Source: Camelus dromedarius
Lineage: Eukaryota
Direction: 5' to 3'
Assembly (NCBI RefSeq): GCF_036321535.1
Contig: NC_087437.1
Coordinates: 67,706,001-67,770,000 of the forward strand
Length of the DNA: 64,000 nt
Positions 25,557 through 39,310 of the stretch are shown piece by piece; position 1 is the first letter of the stretch, and each line of letters begins with the position of its first letter. The notes under the pieces were generated by a model. The model saw only the letters and a list, made by a program, of their open reading frames with translations, was not told where the DNA came from and searched no databases. The position numbers were made by a program, and so were the translations under genes.

Positions 25557-28500
25557 ATTTTAGTGAAATATAGTTTATGTACAATACTCTGTTAGTTTCA
25601 GGTATACAACATAATGATTAGACATTTGCAAACATTGTAAAATGATCACTGTAATAAGTCTAGTAAACATCTATCTTCATACAAAGTTGTAACTATATTA
25701 TTGACCATATTCCTTACACTGCATTTTATATCCCCATGACTTATTTATTACATATTGGAGATTTGTACCTCTAATCCCCTTAATCTGTTTTGCCCTCCCC
25801 CAACCCCCCTACCATCTGGCAACCACCCATTTGCTTTCTGTATCTGTAGGTCTGTTTTCAATTTGATTTGCTTGTTTGTTTGGTTTTTCAGAGTCCACAT
25901 ATAAGTCAGATCATACAGTAATTAACTTTCTCTGTGTGATTTATTTCATTTAGTGTAATACCCTCCAGATCCATCCATACTTTCACAAATGGCAAGGTTT
26001 CATTTGTTTTATGGCTGAGTAATATTCTGTTGTACGTATATAAAACATCTACTTTACCCATCCATCTGTTAATGGACACTTAGGTTGCTTCCATATCTTG
26101 GCTATAGTAAATAAGGCTGCAATAATCATAGGAATATATATATACACACACACACATTTTTATATTTTTTTGAATTAGTATTTTCATTTACTTTGGATAA
26201 ATACCAGGGTGAAATTGTGGGGTCATATGGTAATTCTATTTTTAATTTTTTAAGAAACCTCCCCATTCTGTTTTCCATAGTATGCTTGCACCAATTACAA
26301 TTCCACCAACAGTACAGGATGGTTCACTTTTCTCCACATCTTTCTCAAAACTTGTTTTTTGTTGTCATTTTGATGATAGCCATTCTTAAAGGTTTGATGT
26401 AGTATCTCATTGTGATTTTGATTAGCATTTCCCTGATGATTAGTGATGTTGAGCATATTTTCATGTATCTGTTTGCTATCTGTATGTAGTCTTTGGACCT
26501 ATTCAGGTTTTCTGCCCATTTATTAATGATTATTTGTTTTTTGATGTTGAATTTTATGAGTTCTTTGTGTATTTTGGATATTAACCCCTTTCTGGATATT
26601 TCATTTGCTGTGCAAAAGCTTTTAATTTGATGTAGTTCCATTTGTTTATTTTTGCTTTTGTTTCCCTTGCTTGACAAGACATATACAAAAAATATTACTA
26701 AGATTAATGTCAAAGAGCTACGTTTTATTCTAGGAAATTTGTGGTTTCAAGTCTTACATTTAAGTCTTTAATCCCCTTTGAGTTTGTCTTTGTATATGGT
26801 GTGAGATATATATGTGTATATTTGTACATGGTGAGTCCAGTTTGGTTTTTGCGTGTAGCTGTTCATTTTTCCCAACATTTATTGTCTTTTCCAAATTGTA
26901 TATTCTCATCTCCTTTATTGTAGATTGATTGACCATGTAAGTCTGGATTTATTTCTGGGCTCTCATTCTGTTCCATTGATCTATGTGTCTTATTTTTGTA
27001 CAAGTACCATCATGTTTTTATTATAGTAGCTTTGTAGTATAGTTTAAAATCAAGGAGTGTGATACCTTCAGCTTTGTTTTTCTTCTTCAAGATTGTTTGG
27101 CTATTGTTTGTCTTTTGTGTTTCCATACAAATGTTAGAATTATTTATTCTAATTATGTGAAAAATGCCATTGGTATTCTGATAGGGATTGCATTGGATCT
27201 ATAAATTAGCTTGGGTAGTATGGTCATTTTAACAGTATTAATTCTTCCAGTTTATGAGCATAATATATCTTTCATTTGTTTGTGTTGCCTTCTATTTCTT
27301 TCATTGATGTCTTATAATTTCCTGAGTACAAGTCTTTTACTTGCTTGGTTAGATTTATTCTTAGATATTTTATTCTTTTTCATGCAGTTGTAAATGGGAT
27401 TGTTTTCTTAATTTCTCTTTGTGATAGTTTGTGGTTAGTATATAGATATATTTGTGGATAGATTTATGTATATTAATTTTGTTTCCTGCAACTCTTTACT
27501 GAATCCATTTGTTAGTTCTAATAGTTTTGTTGGCATTTTTTGGATTTTCTATATATAGTATCATGTCATCTGCAAGCAGTGATGGTTTCACTTCTTCCAT
27601 TCTGATTTGAATTCCTTTTATTCTTATTTTTTCTTGTTAATTGCTGTGACTACAACTTCCAGTACTACATTGAACAAAAGTAGTGAGAGCAGGCATTCTT
27701 AACTTGTTGCTAATCTTAGAAGAAATGCTTTCAGCTTTTCATCATTCAGTATGATATGGTCTTTATTATGTTGCAGTATGTTGTGGTTCCTTCCCTCTAT
27801 ACCTACTTTGTTGATTCAGTCTTGGGAGATTGTATGTTTCTAGAAATTTATCCATTTCTTCTAGGTTGTCCATTTTATTGGCATATAATTATTCATAGTA
27901 ATCTCTTATGATCTTTTGTATTTCTGTGGTGTTGATTGTAACTTCTCATTCATTTCTGATTTTATTTGTTTAGGCCTCTTCCCTATTTTGTTCTTAATGA
28001 GTGTGGCTAAAGGTTTACTTTATCTTTTCAGAAAAACAGCTCATAGTTTTATTGATCTTTTCTATTGTTTTTAAGTCTCTTAATTTGTTTATTTCTGCTC
28101 TAGTCTTTATAATTTAGTTCCTTCTACTAATGTGGAGCTTTGTTCTTTTTTCCTAGTTCCTTTATATGCAAGGTTAGATTTTGTATTTGAGATTTTTCTC
28201 TTCCAGAGGTAGGCTTACGTGGCTGTAAACTTCCCTCTTAGAACTACTGCATCCCATAAATTTTGGCCTATTGTGTTTCCATTTGTCCCAGCTATTTTTT
28301 TATTTCTTCTTTGATTTTTTCATTGACTTATTGGTTGTCTAGTATCATATTATTTAGCCTCCACATTTTCGTGTTTTTTGGAGTTTTTTTTCTTGTGGTT
28401 GATTTCTAGGCTTCTAGCATTGTGGTCATAAAAATGCATGATATGATTTCAGTCTTCTTAAATTTATTGAGACTTGTTTGTGGCCTAGTATGTGATCTAT

Positions 28501-31441
28501 CCTGGAGAATGTTCCATATGCACATGAAAAGAATGTGTATTATACTGCTTTTGGATGTAATGTTTTTTAGATATCTATTAAATCCATCTTGTCTAATGTG
28601 TCATTTAAGGCAGCTGTTTCCTTTACTGTCTGGATGATCTGTCTGTTGATGGAAGTGGGGTGTTAAAGTTTCCTACTATTATTGTTTTATTTTCACTTTC
28701 TCTTTTTATGTCTGTTAGTATGTGCCTTATGTATTTAAGTGCTCCTATGTTGGGTGCATATATATTTACAAATGTTATATCTTATTACTGGATTGATCAC
28801 TTTATTGTTACATAAGGTCCTTCTTTGTCTCTTATTACAGGCCTTGTTTTTAAGTCTGTTTTGTCTAATACAAGTATTATACCCCAGCTTTCTTTTTATT
28901 TCCATTTACATGGAATACCTACCTTTTTTCCCTCCTTATTTTCAGTAAGTGTGCATCTTTAGGTCAGAATTGAGTCTTTTGTCAGCAGCATGTAAGCATG
29001 AGTCTTGGTTTTTATCCATTCAGCCACTCTAGGTCTTTTGATTGGAGTACTTAGTTTATTTACATTATATATTTATTGTCATTTCATTGCTTGTTTTCTG
29101 GTTGTTTTTTAGTTCTTTTATATTTCTTTCTTCCTCTTTTATTCTTTTTACTTGTGATTAGATGATTGTCTTCAATGTTATGTTTGAACTCCTTTCTCTT
29201 TTTGTTTGTGGTTACCATGAGGTTCACGTGGAATAGCATATATACATGATTATTTTAAGTTGAGGCTATCTTCAGTTCAAACACATTCTAACAACTCTGT
29301 ATTTTTACTCCCCCACCCCATGTTTAATGTTTTTGACATTTTACATCTTTTTATTTTGTGTATATCTTAACTATTGATTGTGGATATAGTTGATTTTTAT
29401 TACCTTCATCTTTTAACCTTCCTTTCTTTCCTGTATGTTTGCCTTTACCAATGAGTTTTTTTCCTTTCTTAATTTTGATTTGTCTAGTTGTGGTCTTTTC
29501 TTTCTATTTAGAGAAGTCATTTTAACATTTCTTGTGAAGCCAGTTTAGTAGTCCTGAACCCTTACCTTTTGCTTGTCTATAAAACTATCTCTCCTTAAAA
29601 TCTGAATGATAGCCTTGCTACATAGAGTATTTTGTAGGCTTTTTTGGTTTTTTTTTTTACATTAATCTTGAATGAATTATACCAGTTCTTTCTGGCCTGT
29701 GGAGTTTCTGCTGAAAGGTCAACTGATAGTCTTATGGAAGTTCCCTTTTATGTGATTAATTGCTTTTCTCTTGCTGCTTTTAAGATTCTCTCTTTAAGTT
29801 TTACTATTTTAATTACAATGTGTCTTTTGTGTTGAGTTCTTTGAGTTCATCTTATTTGGGACTCTGCTCCTGGACCTGAATGTCTGTTTCCTTTTTCAGT
29901 GTAGGGAAATTCTCAGCTCTTATTTCATCAAATAAATCCTCTGCCCCTTTCTCTCTCTTCTGCCCCTAGAACTCCTATAATGTGAATGTTAGGATTCTTG
30001 ATGTTGTCTCAGAGGTCTGTTAAACTATCCACAGTAAAGAAAAAAAATTTTTTTCTGTTCAGTGTAGATGATTTCCATTACTCCATCTTCTAGTTTGATA
30101 ATCCATTTCTCTGTATTATCTAACATACTGTTAATTCCTTCTAGTGTATTGTCTATTTTATTTATTGTATTTTTCAGCTCTGTCTGGTTCGTCTATATTT
30201 TCTCTTTGTTAAAATTCTCATTCTGTTTATCCATTTTTCTCCTGACTCTCTATGATCATTACCTTGAACTATTTATCAGGCAGATTACTTATCTCCATTT
30301 TATTTTGTTTGTTTTCTGATGGTGTTTGTCTTGTTCCTTCGTTGTTCAGAGCACATTCCTCTATCTCTCCACTTTGCCTAATTCTCTGTGATTATTTCTA
30401 TGCATTAGTTCAGTCAGTTATGTTTCCCATTCTTGGAAAAGAGATCTTATATAGGAGATACCCTATAGGGTCCGGCAACATACTCCTCTCTGGTCACCAG
30501 AGCTGTATGCTCCACCGGTGCCCCCTATGTAGGCTGCATGGACCTTTCTGTTATGGCAGGACTGATTACTGTGAGCATGATAGTAGACAGAGCTGACCCC
30601 TAGACTGGTTGACTGCCAGGCCCTGCCTCCTTTGGTGGCTACTGGTGGGTGTGGCAGGGTCCTGGTGGGTGTGGGGAGGGCTCATGCCTGGTGCCAGCCT
30701 ACTGGTGGGCAGGGCTAGATTCCTGCATGGTTGGTTGTGCAATCTAGGGGGTTCAGAAGTTGTGCAAGACCACTGGTGGGTGGGTAAGCCCCTGCCACTA
30801 ATATGCTAGAGGGAAGATTCCAAAATCGTGCTTGCCAGTATCAGAGTCCTTGTAGTGGAATGAGCTCCCCCAAATGGCTGCCACCAGTGTCTCCCAAGGG
30901 AAACCCCAGTTGCTCCTGGCTCTCTGGGAGGCTCTGCAAGATCAGCAGTGGATCTGACCCAGGCTCCTTTCAAATTACTGTCTCTGCACTGGGAGTTGGA
31001 TCGCATGAGACTTTGTGTGCACCCTTTCTTTAAGAAAGGAGTCTGTTTCCTATAACCTTGCAGCTCTCCTGTATGCAAACCTCAGTGGCCTTCAAAGCCA
31101 GACATTCTGGAGTCTCATCGTCTTGATGCAGGACGCCAGTTGGAGAGCCTGATGTGGAGCTCAATCCTTTGATTCCTTGGGGAGAACATCTACAATTATG
31201 ATTATGCTCCCATCCACCCCAACCTGGGGGTGTGGGTCTTGACTATACCATGCCTCCCTCTCCTACTGTCTCCTTGTGGGTTCCTTCATCATATCTTTCA
31301 TTCTGGAAAATCTTTTCTGCTTGTCTTCAGATCATTCTTATAGATAGTCTCTCTGTAAATAGTTGTAATTTTGGTGTGGCCATCGGAGGAGGTGAGCTCA
31401 GGGTCTTCCAACTCCAACATCGTGGCCACACTGCTGTCCAC
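25557..31441 (-). mobile_element. Near-full-length, decayed L1 (~5.9 kb) with 5' UTR and degraded TSD
   Basis: 3' end tgaaatatagtttatgtacaatac. Minus ORF 26345..26713 encodes the ORF2 C-terminus ([17 protein letters not shown]). 5' terminus ggtgagctcagggtcttccaactccaacatcgtggcc. TSD ctacccatttacttttt (25540-25556) / ctacctgttcactcttt (31442-31458), 13/17. Confidence 0.92.
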
Positions 31442-31733
31442 CTACCTGTTCACTCTTTCCTGTATAGTTGTTGGTTTTTCTATTTCTGTTTCTTATATTA
31501 ATTGCTTATCTTTTAAACACAAACTTGTTCAGAATCTTGAGAGATGAAACTTGATTTCTTCTTGTCTTTTCATGCCGAGGCATGTTATAGCTCACTGAAC
31601 AGCCTATGGATTGATGAGATTCTGATCTCTAATTATCAATTGAAGATTGTGGGATGATTTACTGCATAAAAAGAATGGCCACTTCTTGCTATTTCTTTAG
31701 CAAGGGGTATGAACAAGGCATTTTTGCTTTGAG

Positions 31734-31894
31734 CAGTGATTCTTCATCAGTATCAAGTGCGAATTTGTTAGATAAACATTTTGGGGCCCCACTCAAGATC
31801 TACTGATTCATAAACTCTGGGAGTAAGTTGCAGCTATGTATTTTAGCAAGGCATCTGAGTGATTCTGATACATGCGAATGTTTGAGAACTGCTG
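31734..31894. mobile_element. MER5A hAT-Charlie MITE
   Basis: cagtgattct...ggccccactcaagatctactgattcataaactctggg...gtgattctgatacatgcgaatgtttgagaactgctg. Confidence 0.8.
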
Positions 31895-32399
31895 CCTTAG
31901 AAAAGGGCTATCACAGTATTATTCAACATGCAGTTCACACAATCTCTATGCATCTAAGATTTTCCAATGTTAAAAGCTGATAACATTACCTCCCTTTAAT
32001 TTTTTTTTTTTTTTGGAAAGGTACTGGCTTTTTCTTTATTAACCCTTCTTAGCTGTGGGATAGGCATGGATGGAAGGCAGGTATATAATTAGATCAATGT
32101 GATTCACTCCAAAGAGACAACACTAATATACACAAAACTTCTCCCACATTCCAGAAATATTCTTGGTAAAAATCGATGTTTCTTTCCTTAACTATTTCCA
32201 ACCACATGAAACTCATTCCTTTTATTTTAATTTTACTGACTTGCTTGGCCATAAGTTCATATTCTTCCTGATAGAGCAATGCAAAATGGATTTAGATTCA
32301 GCTGTCACTTATTGAGAAACCAGTATCTGCCACATTTTTTCTTTTTGATCTCCCAGTTACCCAGTGTAGTAGATATTTTTATACCCTTGCTATGTGAAA

Positions 32400-32950
32400 G
32401 CCCTTGAAACATTTGTAGGCACCGTTATCATTGCTTTACAAGCAAAACAACTGAAGCTCTGTCCATTGCTTCTCATGTAATATAGTTTTAAGACTTTCAA
32501 AATTCTAGTTGCTTTCCTCAGATTATATTTCAGCTTCCTAACATGATGCTTAGTTCCTCATATTTTAATATTAAATACTGTGTATATAAGCAATGATCTA
32601 ACACATATAGCATGTTACATCTTTTGTATTACTATTCCAATTAAAGAAATCTAAAATTACCTTCAACTCTGAGCCATATAACTGTGGTTCATTTAAACTA
32701 ATGTCTTAACAGGTCTCTCCTGACATGATTTTTTTTAACCAAAGTGTATTTTACATCTGTTCATATTAAATATCATTTTAGTAGTTCTAGTCATCATTCC
32801 AATCTGTCATGATTTCTTTGAACTTTGATTCTATCTTCCCTTCTTTTTATTAGCTGTTACTCCCATATGTCTGTCATCTGCAAAGCTTATAATTGTGCTT
32901 TTACGTCTCTGTTGAAGTTGTTGATAAAAATGTTGGGTAGAACAGATTCC
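32400..32950 (-). mobile_element. L3/CR1 LINE RT-region fragment
   Basis: Minus strand of 32860-32950 contains NIFINN and, after a frameshift, FADD, matching the CR1 RT motif LFNIFINDL...KFADDTK. Confidence 0.65.
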
Positions 32951-32984
32951 CATAGTAATGCATGTAATATGAATGTTTTATATT

Positions 32985-33170
32985 TGCATGGTGCTAAAAC
33001 ATTCACAAAGCATATTCATATACATGATCTCATTTGATGCTATTATCCTGGGTGGTAGGTAGGGCAACCTTTTTTGTTTCTTTGTCTTGTATTATAGATA
33101 AAGAAATTTGATGCTAAGAGAACATAAGTCAAACTGCTATTGGTATGGAGTTAGTAGCACTATAACTTAA
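32985..33170 (-). mobile_element. MIR fragment
   Basis: cattcacaaagcatattcatatacatgatctcatttgatgc...tatagataaagaaa. Confidence 0.6.
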
Positions 33171-34144
33171 ATGTTTTAAAGAGGGTTTTGTTTATAGTTC
33201 TCACAAACTATGAATTTGAATCCACCTAACTATATTACCACTCAGCCCATATTCATGTATCTGTAATTATTTCCATGAAGCAGGAGGATTAATTCCTTCT
33301 TCTGGAAGAAATGGTATTGAAACAGACCAGAAATGATAGAGCCTAGCAGACAGAAATGATGGGGGAGGCAAATGGAAGCCAGACAGCCTGTGACTCTCCC
33401 AATGCAGCACAAGCCAGGTGGGCCTGGAGAAGGAAGGTCAGGAAAGCTGATGGGAAATGTGCCATGGGTTTGACAAATGGCCACGTGAGGGATTTCCTAC
33501 AGTGGTACCACATATCCCATGTTTTGAAGCCTAATTTGTGTGTCTCAGAACATACTTGATGATGAATCTTGATGATTGAAGAAGTCATCTCTGACAGTAA
33601 GCATACAAGGCCAGGGTTAGAGAACATCTTCCTCGGCTGTGAGCCCCTACTCAGCACATTCCTACTCCTCTGAAGCTTCATTCCCGAATGATGCCCAACA
33701 GTGATGAACACATGGCACTAGTTACCCACAGCACAGCAACCCTACTCTCCAGCAAACCATGGTGGGGGTGAGCTGAAGGGCCTGGGTATTGAAGCACAAC
33801 TCCATCCTTACCAGGTCAAGTTCATGGTGATAACTAAGGCACTGTAGAGAGTAAGTATCTCTTAGGTTCAATCTAATAAAATTATGAATATTTGATTCTT
33901 TTGACCAATGGCAATTTCATACAGTTCATCCAGTAACTTCTAGTTTTGTTCTGAAAGGTTTTAAAGGGACTGGGATAAGGAAATGTGCCTAAAGGATTCA
34001 CCATAGCCGCCTTCCTTTTAAAGGTCTTTTGAAAAAGAAATGATTTTGGCTGTATTTGGTTATTTCAGATTCACATATTATTTCACAAAAAAAGCCTTAC
34101 CAGTCTGTCAAATTAGTAATTAGTGGGAAATATTAAAATAAATC

Positions 34145-34500
34145 TAATCAACCATGTATATTGGAGACATTTTATATGCTATGCACTATAGTAGGTGCTA
34201 GGGATGGGGGAATATGTAAGAAAATTCCTGACTTCAAGAGTTCTTAGCCAAGTCTAGGGTCAGACAAAAACAAATAAATCATAGTATAGTAAAATTAATT
34301 CAAGTTAAAAATATATAAAGAGAGAACATTTTTCCAAGCTAGCAAGGGTAAGGGGAATAAGGTAAGATAACAGATCTTAGTTTTGAAGGTTAAGTATGAG
34401 TTAGCCAAATAGACAAGAGGAATAAAGGGCATTTCAGGCCAGAAGCGTAATTGTGCAAAGGCCAGAGGTACGAGGATTGGGGAAGTGTTGGAACATGATG
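34145..34500 (-). mobile_element. L2 fragment
   Basis: tcaaccatgtatattg...cctgacttcaagag...gggcatttcaggccagaagcgtaattgtgcaaaggccagagg. Confidence 0.7.
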
Positions 34501-35054
34501 GAGAGTCAGATAGAGACACATAATTTGGAAATGTTTTCTTTTACTTATGGGATCACCTACTTATAGTGTTAATTAATCTTGTCCTGATGATAATTTTAAA
34601 TATATTTAATTTTTTCAAGAGGTAACATCAACATTTAAATTATTTCCTTTTGATTTTTTTTTGCATTTAATTTTTCTGTGTTTTAAGACACTAAGCTGGT
34701 AAATTAAAAAAAAGGAAAGTTGTGCCTTGATTGAGTTACCTAACTTTATTTGCATAACTATGTACATTTTAAAATAGAGCACCATATCAAAACAAACAAT
34801 AATATCCCTGCCGTGGTACACAGAGGTATGATTACACAATTTAAAACTCAATTTTATTGTGCATGTATGAAAGCTGGCTTTTGATTGCTAAGTTTTTTCC
34901 CCCCCAAACTCATAACAATTTCATTTTTCATCTTAAAGTTCTAAGGTTCAACTATATTTGAATTAACTATAAAAAAAATCATAAGTATTTTCTCTGTATG
35001 AAAGTTTCCCCCATACTTCATAACTTGAAAATTACTAAAGCAATTTATGTTCTA

Positions 35055-35860
35055 GAAAGAGCGCGGGCTGGGGGCACTCTTTGCTCTCAGACAACGGCAG
35101 GGGAGTTGGGGAATCAAAGGATAATTTCTTGGAAGAAAAGGCTGAAGAGGTCAAAACAGAAGGTGATACTGTGTGTTGTTTTGAAATGCTTAACAATGGC
35201 ATCCCTTCCTACTTGCCTTCTGGCGACATGGTCTGAAGTAACTGTGAGGGGCTAGCGCCCCAGGGTCTCTCTGCAGATCATCGTTAAGAGTCATAAGGGC
35301 CTGCATGTACTCTCTTCTACTTTAGAGTAAGAGAAACACAGATGATTGAAAGGAAGGTTAAAATCTAAGGCAGACAACAAGGAGGCAGCCGAAAGCCTTA
35401 TTCAGCCTGGAGTGTAGTGAAAGATGTCGGCTCTGAGATGGAAGTTACGCTTTGTTGGAGACTTCTGGTTGCCTAGAAGTTTGCAATCAAAGAGGAGTCG
35501 GAGTCAGATGTGGTTGCGAGCCAGTGTGCCTCTGCTACCTTGCTCTCCTGTGATGTAGAGGCTGTATACAGGCGTGGGTATTGAATTGGAAATCCCTGGG
35601 AAGTCCCCGAAAGAAGACTTCCAGTTGTGTTCTGCTGAAGCAGTCAACTTCAAAGGGACCCAGGGTTCCTATTACAGAGACAGTGTGACTGGGAGTTGTG
35701 GCCTTTTCCTGACATTTCTGTTGTTCTTACCCATCATGTCCTTTGCCTGACGGACCTCGCAAGCCATGGCAGTGTCCACAGATTGTTTTACTACATTGTG
35801 AGGAAATCTCAGCGTCTAAACTGTTTATCTAATGGGTTTGGTTAAAGGTTTATAGACGGC
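35055..35860. promoter_or_regulatory. CpG-retaining candidate promoter/enhancer with tandem NF-kB sites and an X-box-like motif
   Basis: About 17 CpGs in ~800 bp of non-repeat DNA (hand count). GGAAATCCC (35588-35596) lies next to GGGAAGTCCC (35598-35607). GTTGCCTAGAAG at 35468-35479. Confidence 0.4.
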
Positions 35861-38800
35861 CTAGTCATAATATGTGAATAGGTCTCTTCTAGAAAAGGGA
35901 CATGGATTTAAACAAGGCCTTACTTAGGTATTAATAATTGTGTATATATTCAAAACCAGTAACATATTTTGAAATGGGAGTGGTGTGGTAAGAAAATACA
36001 GTGTTATGAAGATATGGGCAAATATCAACATGAGATCCTATGCACTAAAATATAAATATACTTGGAGTTAAGGTGCTAATGGATAACATACAGTGAAGGT
36101 TGAAAATGAGGACGGAAGAGGGCCCAACCAAAAAAGAATTGGAGCTCATATAATTGCTAATTGAAGGCTTGGCAGAGCCTAATTGGAGAATTGCTGCAGA
36201 TTCAGCATAAATACAGAATCTAAGGAAATGAAACAGTACTCAAGCATAGTGGCTTGTATTTTATATATTAGATGATTTATTGCTCTTGAACTCATGGAAT
36301 TCAAATAGTTACATGTAATTCAGTTAGTTGTGCATTAAACCATTTACTTATGCTAAGCTTGGAGGTTAGGGGGAATCTTAGGGCTAAGTAGAATGATAAG
36401 GAAGCTATATCAATTAAATAGGCAGAGAAAAATTTGAGAGCAAGGAATGCCTATTGGCGTAGCTTGTCTTAAGTGAGAAACTCCCCTGTCCAATCAGCCT
36501 TTGCTTGCTCTTTGAATTGAGACATTGGAAGCAGAAAGCTAACATTTAGATGAAGTCCCAATACTGAGCAAAGCTGAAGAGTGACTCTTTGTCCATCAGG
36601 TACCTCTGTGCAACAAAGAATTGCCAAAGAACACTCTTTACCCAGATTCACCTAATGTATCTCTGTTTTTTGCTGTTTGCTTTATCTCTAAAGATGTTTT
36701 GAGCAGAAGAAAATTCAGATGTTCCTGGATGCTTGAATGACTTTCCTGAAAGTCTAAATAAAAGAGATGCTGCTCCACTCTCTCCCATTTCTTTACTTCC
36801 TTACTTTATTCCCAAGCCCAGGAAAGCCTTGTCTCTATTTGCTGGACTGGCTCTTTCCCCTCTGGTCTTCTGATGGAAATTACTCTGCCAGAGCTCTCAG
36901 CATCCCAACTTTATCCAAGGTTATTTCCTGAGCTCGCCTCCCTGTTTTCAGGCCCAATGCATCATTATTGAGATGTCTGCAATCTGAGTCCTGCCTCCAC
37001 ATCTTCTGCCTCCTTGGAGCCTTTTTTTCCTTGCAGCTCCACACGCTTGCATAATTTTCACTTCCAGCTCCCACAAACCTCTCCCCACCGGCTGCCCCTC
37101 CCATCTGGAAGCTGTCCTCCCTCAGCTACATTAGTATTAAAAAATATCCTCATTCAGTCCACACTTCTGACCTCGTACTGTATCACTCTCTTTCCCACTG
37201 GAGGCTGTGCATTTGCATTTTATCACATCCACCCCGGCCCATATGGGGTCATCCTTCAATCTTTGGATATTTTTAGAGAAAGTGAGGATTTTGCTGCAGT
37301 CGTTAGTCTGGTATTTGTGGCTTTTCAGCTGAAGGTTTGGGTTTCTAGTCACAGGCTGCAGCAGAGATGGAGAAGTGGATCATGGCTCTTGTCAAGGAGG
37401 AAAAGTTTGCTCAGGATTCTAGAAGCCTATAGCCTCCCTCTTTTCTCCTGTGTGTTAAAATGTTAGGAAGAGTGTGAAGCAGTGATGAATGTGGCCGAGA
37501 GGAAGTGATGCAACAGGTAAAGAAGGGACCAGATACAGTTAGGGTCAGAATCTTCCAAATGCTACTAGCATCTTCACCGATTTAAATTCTCGGGGACAAC
37601 TGTTGGTCGCAGAGTACTAATAACTTTCTTTGCCAGGACATAGTCAAGGTGTTACTTTTGACCTTTCATCTGAGATACTTAAATGATACACTGAGAATAT
37701 GGAGTTGTGTGATATGTTGATTTCAGTTGTTGTCTATTCATCTCCTTGAATAGCGGTTTACCTGTCTGTAAAATGGGGGCATGGGATTTAATTAACCCAA
37801 AGGTCTAGTTCATTCCGTTTCTATGTGTGCATAGCCATTCTGAAGCATGTTGACAAGTGGAGTCAGGAACTTCTTCCTTGGAAGAGGAGACTGTTGAAAT
37901 GAGACTAGGAGCATTTAACAGTCCTTGTTTGTACCTAGAATTATCCAACTATAACAAAGAGAAGATAAGTTATTACTTAACACTCAAAATGACTATAAAT
38001 GCTTCTGCTTTCTAAAGGAAATTGGATAAAATGATCTCTGTGTATCGTTTCTTTCCTCTCGTGGGGACTGGTTGAGATGATAGAAAGTAAGGAAATCTCA
38101 AAGCTTCTTCCAGTTCATTTGTGTTCTTTTGGAGGCTCTAGAAGAATCTGTCGCTTGGCACTGCCCCGTGTGATGGCAGGCTCTGAGCTGGGTAGGTGGT
38201 GGAGAGAGAAATTGCTCCATGTAATAATGTAAAAGGGAGTGTCCTCTTTGGGAGACTAAAGGAAGAAGCCCCAGAAAATGGTGAAGCAGGGAGTTTTTAG
38301 ACAGTTAAGCAGCAGATTGAAGAAAACACCTGTTACTTCAGCCCTTCGGGAAATTGTGCTCCTTGCAGATGCCTCAAGTGAGAAAAGTTTGAGTAGACAG
38401 AAAACACCAGGGACAGTGACAAAAGGCAGCAAGAACTGAGTAAGACCAGAGTTCATTGGAAGATAGACTCAAAACTGGAATATATAATTTGCAAACATTT
38501 TGACATGAGCATTGGAAATTTGGGATAGTGGATCAAGACACATAAAGAACATGTCTTATTTGCCTAATTGTCTCTGGTTTCTTAGGAACATTACCACCTA
38601 CAAGGCACACCTTTCTCATGCCTTCTGTTCTTGCACCTGAAAGTTACAGGAAACCCCACATAAGTGAAGGGGAATGCCCTTTAAATGTGGCATAATCAAC
38701 AGCAAAGGCTTTATGTGTGCCAGTTTGTAAACTATGGAAAGTAAATAGATATAATCCATAAACTACAACACATGACAAAGGGAGACATTTAAATGTCATC

Positions 38801-39019
38801 ACTTCTACCTAGAATTAGACTTAATCCTGTTTTATCATATTACTTTTCTCCAGCTCTGATGTTGGATTCACTGTAAATGTTCTAATCTCTCAGTATGCTC
38901 TCAGATATTTTTCATTCCTTAGAAACTTGGGAGTTGTTTAGAGTGGTGATCAATACTTGATGGACTGTTAAATTACTTGATATGATAGCTTTTGGAAAAA
39001 ACCACTCACTTTTATGGAA

Positions 39020-39310
39020 AATATATTCACATGCTTTAATACAGTGTCTGGCACATAGTCATTGTACAATATATGTTAGTTATTGCCAGTATTATTATTT
39101 TTGTGGTTGTTACTGGATATTAAATATGGTCCTTTTCACAACTACTATCTCATTAGAACCCAACAACAGTACTTCAAGGTAAATACTGTCATCCTAGTTT
39201 CATAGAAAAGAAGTGTAAGCTTCAAATAAGCCAAGTACTTACCTACCTATATTTTCATAAATAGAAAAGGACAAAGTGACTATTCAAACCCAAAGCACAT
39301 GTCCATTCCA
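39020..39310. mobile_element. Two MIR fragments, tail to tail
   Basis: acagtgtctggcacatagtc...atatgttagttatt (MIR 3' end, +) followed by a reverse core ctcattagaacccaacaacagt...aggtaaatactgtcatcctagtttcataga. Confidence 0.65.

Noticed and set aside
37014..37466. 150-aa ORF
   Set aside because: TTG start, no recognisable homology, no convincing splice context.
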